From assembly GCA_964430505.1 (NCBI GenBank), contig CAYSGH010000001.1, positions 43,677 through 107,676 on the forward strand: a DNA stretch of 64,000 nucleotides, read 5' to 3'. Positions 18,085 through 25,548 of the stretch are shown here, piece by piece. The first letter of the stretch is position 1. The number at the start of each line of letters is the position of its first letter. This DNA comes from an uncultured Akkermansia sp. GTDB taxonomy: Bacteria; Verrucomicrobiota; Verrucomicrobiia; Limisphaerales; UBA9464. Below the pieces are notes generated by a model that saw nothing but the letters and a program-made list of their open reading frames with translations, was not told where the DNA came from and ran no database searches. The position numbers and the translations under genes are program-made.

Positions 18085-19311
18085 CTAGGCGGCAGGCCGG
18101 CCTCGCGCCTGGATGTTGTCGATCAACTCGCGGGCGCACAGCTCGGCGAAGGCGGGGTCGTTGATGTTGCCGGGATGCTCCACCACGCGGATGTCCGGCC
18201 GGAGGTTCCGCTTCCATTCGCCAAACAACGCTGCGTCGGCCTCGGGCCAATGGAAGGGCTGGCCGGGCGCGCTGATGACGCTAATGCCGCCGAGGGGAAT
18301 GAGGACGGTAACGGGCGCCGTGGAGAGGTTGGCCTTGGCGGCGAGGATGCGGCCGAGCTCGGCGCATTCCTCGGGGTTGGTGCGCATCAGGGTGACCTGG
18401 GCGTTGTGTTGGTAGAACCGCCGTCCTTGGTACCGCGCGGGCACGCTGGCGGGCTCGCCAAAGTTGACCATGTCGAGGCAGCCCGGCGTGAGGATGGCCG
18501 GGACGCCGCCCCGCGCCGCCGCCTCAAGCCGCGTGGGACCCGCGCCCAGAACGCCCCCGGCGAGCTCGTCGGCCCACTCGGTGGTCGTGATGTCGAGGAC
18601 GCCGGCGACCATGCCGGACTCGACCAAGGACTCGAGGGTGCGGCCGCCGATGCCGGTGGCGGCGAAGACGAGGACCTCGAACCCGGCGTCCTCGAGGATC
18701 CTGCGGGCGTGGGTGACGCAGGCGGTGGTGTTGCCGAACTGGGAAGCGACGACGACGGGGCGGTCGGCGGCGCCCTCGGGCACGCGGGCCTCGACCATGC
18801 CGCAGATGGCCCCCGCCGCCTGGGCCAGGAGGCGGCGCGCCAGGCGGTTGAGCCCGGCGACATCCACGACGCTGGGCATCATGACGATGTCCTTCACGCC
18901 GACGTAGGGGGCGGTGTTGCCGCTGGCGAGCGTCGAGACCATGAGCTTGGGGAAGCCCACGGGCAGCGCGCGCATGGCCGCCGTGCCAATGGCCGTGCCC
19001 CCACCGCCGCCGAGCGAGACGATGCCGTCGATGCGGCCCTCGCGTTGCAAGGCGGACACGATGGCGGGCGCGCCGCGCGTCATCAGGGCCACGGCCTCGC
19101 CGCGGTCCCTGCGTGCGGCGACCTCGGCGAGGTTGCCGCCGCCGGCCGCCGCCACGGCCTCGCGGGGGATGTCCGCCGCCAGGGTGGCGGGCCCCAGCGT
19201 GCCGGCGTCCACGAGCAGCACCTTGTGCCCGCGCTGCTCGATCAGCGACGCCACGTACCGATGCTCCTCGCCCTTCGTGTCGAACGTCCCAAGAACCGCG
19301 ATCGTTGCCAT
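18085..19311 (-). CDS. UPF0261 / Tm-1-like ATP-binding domain protein
   Basis: 408 aa, ATG start. MATIAVLGTFDTKGEEHRYVASLIEQRGHKVLLVDAG... and GGGGGTAIGTAAMRALPVGFPKLMVST match the UPF0261 family as recalled. Confidence 0.7.
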   Translation of the reverse strand: MATIAVLGTFDTKGEEHRYVASLIEQRGHKVLLVDAGTLGPATLAADIPREAVAAAGGGNLAEVAARRDRGEAVALMTRGAPAIVSALQREGRIDGIVSLGGGGGTAIGTAAMRALPVGFPKLMVSTLASGNTAPYVGVKDIVMMPSVVDVAGLNRLARRLLAQAAGAICGMVEARVPEGAADRPVVVASQFGNTTACVTHARRILEDAGFEVLVFAATGIGGRTLESLVESGMVAGVLDITTTEWADELAGGVLGAGPTRLEAAARGGVPAILTPGCLDMVNFGEPASVPARYQGRRFYQHNAQVTLMRTNPEECAELGRILAAKANLSTAPVTVLIPLGGISVISAPGQPFHWPEADAALFGEWKRNLRPDIRVVEHPGNINDPAFAELCARELIDNIQARGRPAA

Positions 19312-19382
19312 AGGAAAGTGGCCACGCTATCCGGCCGCGTCCCCCGCGTTCAAACCCGATTCCCGGACTGCGCGTCGATGCG

Positions 19383-20729
19383 TCATCGGCGCGGCCCGGG
19401 CCACCATGCGTCCAGGCGGGCCGTCATCGAGCGGACCCGGCGGGGCTCGGCGGCCGCGAGGTCGCGGGCCTCGTGGGGATCCCGGGACACGCGGAACAAC
19501 TGGGGCCGTTCGCCGGGCTCGTTAACCGGATCGGGCACGATGAGCTTCCAGCCGTCGCGGACGATCCATCGCCAACGAAGGCCGTTCTCGGGGTGCTCGA
19601 GGTCGGGGATGTCGTGGAGGAAGCAGGCGCCGTGGACTTCCTTGCGACGTTGCACGGCGCGGGGGTCGAGCAGGTCGATGCCTTGGTGGCCGGGCGGTGG
19701 CTCGATGCCGGCACAGCGCAGCAACGTGGGATACAGGTCGAGCGAGCTGACGGGGTGGTCGATGCGCTCGGGCCGTGCATGGCCGGGCCAACGGACCATG
19801 ATGGGCGTGCGAAGGCCGCCGTCGTAGGGGGATTGCTTGGAACGAGGCGCGAACCGTGGCGAGTCCGGCGACTGGATCCAGCCGTTGTCGGTAACGAAGG
19901 CGACGACGGTGTTGTCGGAGAGGCCGCGCCGGTCGAGCTCGCCGAGGATCTCGCCGCAGGTCTCGTCGAACCATTCGATCATGGCCCAGTAACGGGCGAC
20001 ATGGACCGAGGGCGCCAGCGGCAGGTAGCGCGCGAGGATGCGTTCGGGCGGCGTATGCGGGTCATGGGGCATCATGGGCGCGTACCAGACCATCCACGGC
20101 TCCCCGGTGCGCGCCGTGTCGTCGAGGAAGTCGCGGATGGGCTGCAAGGTTTGTCGGCCGATGCGAAGGCCGTCGTCGCCATGGCGACCGGACTTGGACT
20201 CCTCGCCGAGGGTCATGCCGTCGGTGAAGCCGCCGTGGCGGAAGTGGCCTTGCCACCACTTGCCGGTCTGGAGGCAACGGTAGCCGTGCTGGGCGAGGAG
20301 TCGGGGCAAGGTGGGGAGCGTGGCGACGCGGGCGTTCATGCGGTCGCGTCCCGCGCGGAAGGCGTCCGAGGCATAGCGTGCAGGGCCGGAGAGTTGGGAT
20401 GGGATGGGGGGGTCGTTGCCGGTGATCCCGTGGGCGTAGGGCGGTCGGCCGGTGAGGATGGAGGCGAGGCTGGGGCAGCAGAGGCTGGAAGGCACGTAGC
20501 CTCGGGTGAAGACGCGTGATTGGCGGGCGAGGCGGTCGAGGTGCGGGGTGCAGACGACGGGGTGGCCCATGTGGCCGTGGTCGGTCCATGCCTGGTCGTC
20601 GGCGATGATGAGCAGGAGGTTTGGGGGGCGCGGGGTGAGGCGAGGGGGCGGCGTTGCATCGAGACGACGCTCGGGCGCGAGCGATGCAATCAGGACGAGG
20701 CACCAGGCCAGCCAACCGGGGAAGCGCAT
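19383..20729 (-). CDS. Sulfatase-family (alkaline phosphatase superfamily) protein with atypical C-C-P-S-L active-site motif
   Basis: Internal ATG at 20729 of ORF 19383..21314 gives a signal peptide (MRFPGWLAWCLVLIASLA). Followed by LLLIIADDQAWTD and SSLCCPSLASILTGRPPYAHG. Confidence 0.8.
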   Translation of the reverse strand: MRFPGWLAWCLVLIASLAPERRLDATPPPRLTPRPPNLLLIIADDQAWTDHGHMGHPVVCTPHLDRLARQSRVFTRGYVPSSLCCPSLASILTGRPPYAHGITGNDPPIPSQLSGPARYASDAFRAGRDRMNARVATLPTLPRLLAQHGYRCLQTGKWWQGHFRHGGFTDGMTLGEESKSGRHGDDGLRIGRQTLQPIRDFLDDTARTGEPWMVWYAPMMPHDPHTPPERILARYLPLAPSVHVARYWAMIEWFDETCGEILGELDRRGLSDNTVVAFVTDNGWIQSPDSPRFAPRSKQSPYDGGLRTPIMVRWPGHARPERIDHPVSSLDLYPTLLRCAGIEPPPGHQGIDLLDPRAVQRRKEVHGACFLHDIPDLEHPENGLRWRWIVRDGWKLIVPDPVNEPGERPQLFRVSRDPHEARDLAAAEPRRVRSMTARLDAWWPGPRR

Positions 20730-20809
20730 GGGAGGATGGAAGCCGCACGGGGCGGCGTGTTGCAACGCGTTCTGGAAGCGGGTGACAGGAAAAGGCAGGG
20801 TTGCCCGGC

Positions 20810-21490
20810 ATGTTGGAACGAGTGATCGCGATCGACGGCGGTGCCGCCACGGGCAAGAGCACGGCCATGGTGCGGCTGAGCCGTCACCTAGGGTGGCGGG
20901 GCATCTCGACCGGGCACGTGTACCGGGCGGCAACGATGCTCGCGATGGCGGAGGGGATCGGGCCGGCGGATGCGGCGGGGCGGCTGGCGGAGCGGCTGCG
21001 TGCCGGGGCGTTGGACTACGACGTCGAGGCGCAGGCCTATGGGATCCGGGATGCCTCGGGCGGGCTGCGCCTGCTGGCCGTGGAGGCGTTGACGTCGCCG
21101 GAGGTATCCGCGTTGACGCCGCAGTACAGCCGGGTGCCGGAGGTCCGGGCGGCGTTGCTGGACTTCCAGCGCGGGTTGTTTGCCGAGCCAGGGTTGGTCG
21201 CGGACGGGCGCGACTGCGGCACGGTGGTGTTTCCCAACGCGCGGTTGAAGGTGTGGCTGGAGGTCGATCCCGTGGAGGCGGCGCGGCGGCTGGAGCGTGG
21301 CCTTGGGATGACATTTGCCGCCGCCTACGCGGACGTGCTGGAACGCAACCTCGCGGACCGGAATCGCCCGAACCCGATGCGTCCAGCGGAGGATGCGCTG
21401 GTGATGGACACGACGCGGCTGACGCCGGACGAGGTGTTGCGGGTGTTGGTGGAGCTGGCGCGGCGGCGGGGGTTTGTCCGGGGGGCGTAG
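20810..21490 (+). CDS. cmk: (d)CMP kinase
   Basis: ORF 20801 starts at TTG; ATG at 20810. P-loop IAIDGGAATGKST; overall length and layout fit cytidylate kinase. Confidence 0.8.
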   Translation: MLERVIAIDGGAATGKSTAMVRLSRHLGWRGISTGHVYRAATMLAMAEGIGPADAAGRLAERLRAGALDYDVEAQAYGIRDASGGLRLLAVEALTSPEVSALTPQYSRVPEVRAALLDFQRGLFAEPGLVADGRDCGTVVFPNARLKVWLEVDPVEAARRLERGLGMTFAAAYADVLERNLADRNRPNPMRPAEDALVMDTTRLTPDEVLRVLVELARRRGFVRGA

Positions 21491-21491
21491 C

Positions 21492-21540
21492 GGGAAGCGG
21501 GAAGCGGGAAGCGAGGGGCGGGGGGGCGGGGGGGCGGGGC
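21492..21540. repeat. Heptamer-type tandem array (GGGAAGC)x3 GAGGGGC (GGGGGGGC)x2 GGGGC, G-rich on the + strand
   Basis: Read directly. It is the reverse complement of the architecture at 7486-7534. Begins 2 nt after the cmk stop and ends about 98 nt before the proposed rex start. Confidence 0.9.
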
Positions 21541-21638
21541 TCGATTCGTCACCCTCACCTGCGGGATGCAGGGGTCTCGTGGGAGGTGGCGCCGACGGGA
21601 TTGCGGCCCGGCCCCGTGCGTGGGCAGGATGGGCCGGA

Positions 21639-22271
21639 TTGAAGAAGGGCACCCGGCCAGAGATCCCGCGCAAGACGGTGTATCGCCTGAGCGTTTACCT
21701 GCGCTGCTTGCAGCGGCTGAAGCAAAACCAGCTCCAGACGGTGAGCTCGGAGGCTCTGGCGCGCGCCGCCGGGGTGAAGCCCACGCAGTTGCGCAAGGAC
21801 CTCACGTACTTTGGGCAGTTCGGGACCCGGGGGCTGGGATATGACGTGGACCAGCTTGGGCGGATGATCGGGGATCTTCTCGGCACGTCCCGGCTCCAGC
21901 CGGTCATCCTCGTGGGCGTGGGCAACCTGGGCGCCGCGCTCCTCCAGTACCGCGGCTTCGAGCAGGAGGGCTTCGAGATCGTCGCGGCCTTCGACGCCGA
22001 GCCAGCCCGCGCCCGCGAGCGCACCCAGAAGGTCTCCGTGCATTCCATGGAGCGGGTGGGCGACGTCATCCGGAAACACCACGTGCGCATGGCGATCGTG
22101 GCCGTGCCCGGGGCCGGCGCGCAGGAGGTGGTGAACGCCCTCGTGGAGGAGGGGGTCGTGGGCATCCTCAACTTCGCACCCATCATCCCGCACGTGCCCG
22201 AGCACGTGACCGTCAACAACGTGAACCTCGCCATCGAGCTCGAGAACCTTTCGTACTTCGTCCAGGAATAG
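21639..22271 (+). CDS. rex: Redox-sensing transcriptional repressor Rex
   Basis: ORF 21474..22271. The conserved part begins at IPRKTVYRLSVYLRCLQRL, and a Rossmann motif VGVGNLGAAL is present. There is no in-frame ATG near the conserved N-terminus, so TTG at 21639 (giving MKKGTRPEIPRK) is proposed. Confidence 0.8.
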   Translation: MKKGTRPEIPRKTVYRLSVYLRCLQRLKQNQLQTVSSEALARAAGVKPTQLRKDLTYFGQFGTRGLGYDVDQLGRMIGDLLGTSRLQPVILVGVGNLGAALLQYRGFEQEGFEIVAAFDAEPARARERTQKVSVHSMERVGDVIRKHHVRMAIVAVPGAGAQEVVNALVEEGVVGILNFAPIIPHVPEHVTVNNVNLAIELENLSYFVQE

Positions 22272-22275
22272 CCCC

Positions 22276-23442
22276 ATGCCCACCGACATCCGCAACGAGA
22301 CCCGCGAGGCCCTGCTGGCACGGCTTGCCGGCGAGCCGGCCTACCGCGTGGACCAAGTCCTGGGCTGGGTTTGGCAGCGCCGCGCCATGGCCTGGGACGA
22401 GATGACCAACGTCCCCCGCGCCCTGCGCGAACGACTGGCCGCCGCGCTGTCCATCGGGCGCATCGAGCCCGTGCGCGTCCAGGGCTCGCGCGACACCACC
22501 CGCAAGTTCCTCTGGCGCCTGCAGGACGGGGCCATGGTCGAGTCCGTCCTCATCCCAGCCAACCCGGCCCTCTATGGGGACGCCGCCGACCGCCACACGC
22601 TGTGCGTCAGCACGCAGGTGGGCTGCGCCTACGGCTGCCGCTTCTGCGCGTCCGGCCTCGACGGGTGGAAGCGCAACCTCGCCCCATGGGAGATCGCCGG
22701 GCAGGTGCTCGCCGTGGAGCGATGGGGGGCTGCGAACGACGCCGCCCCCCCGCCGGAGACCACCACGAACGGCAGCCCCGACGCCGGGCCGCCCCCCCCC
22801 CGCAAGCCCGCGCCCGGCGTGCGACGGATGGTCAACAACCTCGTCATCATGGGCATGGGCGAGCCCATGGCCAACTACGACAACCTCATGGTTGCCCTGC
22901 GTGCCCTCAACGCCCCGTGGGGCGGCGGCATCGGCGCCCGAAAGGTCACCATCTCCACCTCAGGCGTCGTCCCCGGCATCCGGCGCCTCGCGTCCGAGCC
23001 CGAGCAGTTCCAGCTCGCCATCTCGCTGCACGGGGCGACCGACGACGTCCGGGGCCGGATCATGCCGGTGAACCGCAAGTATCCCATCCGGGACCTCGTG
23101 GCGGCCTGCTCGGACTACGTGGCGCGGCGCGGGCGCATGATCACCCTCGAGTACATCTTGATCGAGAGCGTCAACGACGACGTCTCGATGGCCGCGCCGC
23201 TCGTCGCCATCGCGAGACAGCTCCGCGCCAAGGTGAACCTCATCCCCTACAACGCGGTCGAAGGACTGGAATGGCGTCGCCCCGGCCCGGAGGCGTGCCG
23301 TGCCTTCGCCGACGCCGTGGAGTCCGGCGGCGTCCCCACGACCCTCCGGATGGAGAAGGGGCACGACATCGACGCCGCCTGCGGCCAGCTTCGGCTCCGA
23401 ACCGAGCGCGACCTCGAAGCCGGAGCCCCGACCGCGGCCTAG
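22276..23442 (+). CDS. rlmN: 23S rRNA/tRNA (adenine-C2)-methyltransferase RlmN (radical SAM)
   Basis: CX3CX2C motif (GCAYGCRFCASG), MGMGEPMANY, and the C-terminal DIDAACGQL. Contains a Pro-rich insertion at about aa 151-182. Confidence 0.9.
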   Translation: MPTDIRNETREALLARLAGEPAYRVDQVLGWVWQRRAMAWDEMTNVPRALRERLAAALSIGRIEPVRVQGSRDTTRKFLWRLQDGAMVESVLIPANPALYGDAADRHTLCVSTQVGCAYGCRFCASGLDGWKRNLAPWEIAGQVLAVERWGAANDAAPPPETTTNGSPDAGPPPPRKPAPGVRRMVNNLVIMGMGEPMANYDNLMVALRALNAPWGGGIGARKVTISTSGVVPGIRRLASEPEQFQLAISLHGATDDVRGRIMPVNRKYPIRDLVAACSDYVARRGRMITLEYILIESVNDDVSMAAPLVAIARQLRAKVNLIPYNAVEGLEWRRPGPEACRAFADAVESGGVPTTLRMEKGHDIDAACGQLRLRTERDLEAGAPTAA

Positions 23443-23573
23443 AAGCCCACATCGGCACGGAACCACGACGGGCGCGGGCTCCGGGCGGCTCCGGGCCAAC
23501 CCTCCATCGGCGGTTCCGATTGAAGCCCGGGGGCATTCTTGACCGTCCTAGGTGCGTGCATAGTCTCGACGCG

Positions 23574-25523
23574 ATGCCGCGCGTTCCCCTGGTTCGGTTC
23601 ATGGTGCTTGCCCTTGCCTGCCTGGGCGGGTCGTTTTTCGTGGATGCAGCCGAGCGGCCCACGGGCCTGGCGGTGACGTTTGCATCCAACGGGGCGAGCG
23701 ACACGACCTCATGGCCCGGCGTCCACCTCCACGTGGCATCGGGCCAGCCGCCGTCGCCCTTCGTCCCCCCCGGGGCCTTCACCGCGACGTGGAATGGCTA
23801 CGTGAACTCCGAGCTGCGTTCCGAGTATACGTTCCACGTCGAGGGCTCCGGGGAGGTCGTGGTGGAAGTGAACGGCGCGTCCGTCGCGTCCGGCGCGGCG
23901 GCCGCAGGCAAGCCGCTCTCCTCGGGGCCGGTGAAGCTCAACAAGGGCGCCAATGCCCTGCGCGTCGCGTACAAGAGCCCTGCCGCCGGCGACGCCGTCG
24001 TCCGCCTCTACTGGTCCAACGCCGAGACGCCGCGCAACCCGGTGCCGTCGGCGGCCCTGGCACATGACGAGTCAGAGGCCCTCAAGTCCGGCGAGCGGGT
24101 GCGCGAGGGACGCGGCCTGTTCCTCGACCTCCGCTGCGTGCGTTGCCATGACGCCGGCGAGCGCGCGTCGGTGCCGGAGCTGGCGATGGATGCGCCCACG
24201 TTCGCGGGCATTGGCTCGCGGCTGGGCGCGTCCTGGATGGCCCGGTGGATTGCCGACCCCGCGTCCGTGCGCCCCGGGACGCCCATGCCTCGCATGGTGC
24301 ATGGGCCGGAGGCAGCCACGCAGGCGAAGGCGATGGCGGCGTTCTTGTCGTCGTTGCGCGAGCCCAACGTTCAGGCGGCGAAGGAGGGCGACGCCGAGCA
24401 AGGCAAGGCGCTGTTCGAGAAGCTTCATTGCATCGCGTGCCATCCGTCGCCCGAGGGCGGCGAGGCCGAGCCCGGCAAGGTGTCGCACAAGCAGGTGAAG
24501 GCGAAGTTCCGGCCGGGCGCCTTGGCGGCGTTCCTGTCGCGGCCCTCGGAGCACTTCCAATGGACGCGGATGCCGGACTTCCGGCTGGGTGCGGAGGAAT
24601 CGGCGCACCTGGCGGCCTACCTGGCAAAGCACGCGGAGGGCGACGCGCCGGCGGAGGGCGATTCGGAGGCTGCGCTGCGGGACGAGGGCAAGCGGTTGGT
24701 GGAGACGACCGGTTGCCTGCAATGCCATGCGCTGCCCGGCGGCAAGCCTTCGGGCAGGTCGCGTCCGTTGTCCCAGTTGGCGGGGGACACGTGGTCCGGC
24801 GGTTGCATGGCGGACACGCCGGTCGGTGGCAAGGTCCCGGCCTATGCCCTGACGTCGGCCCAGCGGGACGCGTTGCGGGCGTTCGCCAAGACGGACCGCG
24901 CGTCGTTGGGCCGGCACGTGGCGTCGGAGTTTGTCGAGCGTCAGTCGGCGGCGCTGCGATGCGCGGAGTGCCATGGCAAGCACGAGGGCTTCCCCGCGTG
25001 GGAGCTGCTGGGCGGCAAGCTCCGGCCCGAATGGGCCGCCGGCTTCATCGCGGGCAAGCCCATGCCCAAGCCGCGCCCGTGGCTGGAGTCGCGCATGCCG
25101 GGCTTCCCGGCGTATGCGAATGCCCTGGCCGAGGGCCTGGCGACACGGCACGGCTGGCCTGCGCAGACGCCCCAGGAGCCGCCGTCGGTCGCCGCCGACG
25201 CGGAGAAGGGCCGCAAGCTGGTGAGCGCCAATGGCGGGTTTTCGTGCGTGTCGTGCCACGGGTTCGCGGACTTCGGGGCGACGGCCGTCTTCGAGGCCCC
25301 GGGGATCAACCTCGCCCTGTCCTTCGAGCGGTTGCAGCCGGACTTCTACCGCCGTTGGCTGCGCAGCCCGCTAAGCATCGATCCCAACACGAAGATGCCC
25401 GTGTACTTCGACGAGCAAGGCAAGAGCCCGTTGCCCGAGTTCTTTGATGGCGACGGCCCGCGTACCATCCATGGCATCTGGGAATACCTGAAGCTCGGCC
25501 ATGCCATGCCCAAGCCGGAGTGA
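23574..25523 (+). CDS. Secreted PA14-like domain protein with five CXXCH c-type haem-binding motifs
   Basis: Internal ATG at 23574 of ORF 22371..25523 gives a signal peptide (MPRVPLVRFMVLALACLGG). A PA14-like region follows (FTATWNGYVNSELRSEYTFHVEGSGEVVVEVNG...VVRLYW). The five motifs are CVRCH, CIACH, CLQCH, CAECH and CVSCH. Confidence 0.7.
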   Translation: MPRVPLVRFMVLALACLGGSFFVDAAERPTGLAVTFASNGASDTTSWPGVHLHVASGQPPSPFVPPGAFTATWNGYVNSELRSEYTFHVEGSGEVVVEVNGASVASGAAAAGKPLSSGPVKLNKGANALRVAYKSPAAGDAVVRLYWSNAETPRNPVPSAALAHDESEALKSGERVREGRGLFLDLRCVRCHDAGERASVPELAMDAPTFAGIGSRLGASWMARWIADPASVRPGTPMPRMVHGPEAATQAKAMAAFLSSLREPNVQAAKEGDAEQGKALFEKLHCIACHPSPEGGEAEPGKVSHKQVKAKFRPGALAAFLSRPSEHFQWTRMPDFRLGAEESAHLAAYLAKHAEGDAPAEGDSEAALRDEGKRLVETTGCLQCHALPGGKPSGRSRPLSQLAGDTWSGGCMADTPVGGKVPAYALTSAQRDALRAFAKTDRASLGRHVASEFVERQSAALRCAECHGKHEGFPAWELLGGKLRPEWAAGFIAGKPMPKPRPWLESRMPGFPAYANALAEGLATRHGWPAQTPQEPPSVAADAEKGRKLVSANGGFSCVSCHGFADFGATAVFEAPGINLALSFERLQPDFYRRWLRSPLSIDPNTKMPVYFDEQGKSPLPEFFDGDGPRTIHGIWEYLKLGHAMPKPE

Positions 25524-25548
25524 ACCCTGGAAAACCACCTTCCCCGCC

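Noticed and set aside
16388-18250. 620-aa minus-strand ORF antisense to the FtsX permease
   Set aside because: Shadow ORF rich in R/P/S/A with no membrane or enzyme signature. The + strand frame has coherent FtsX-type TM clusters.
22371-23573. 5' over-extensions of real genes in the ORF track (22371..25523, 19383..21314, 43711..45075, 13136..14605, 11104..12495, 34029..35858, 56795..58336, 4982..5860)
   Set aside because: In each case the upstream part overlaps a neighbouring well-supported gene in another frame or strand. An internal ATG, or GTG for the SDR, gives a sensible N-terminus such as a signal peptide, a P-loop or an ATGA coupling.
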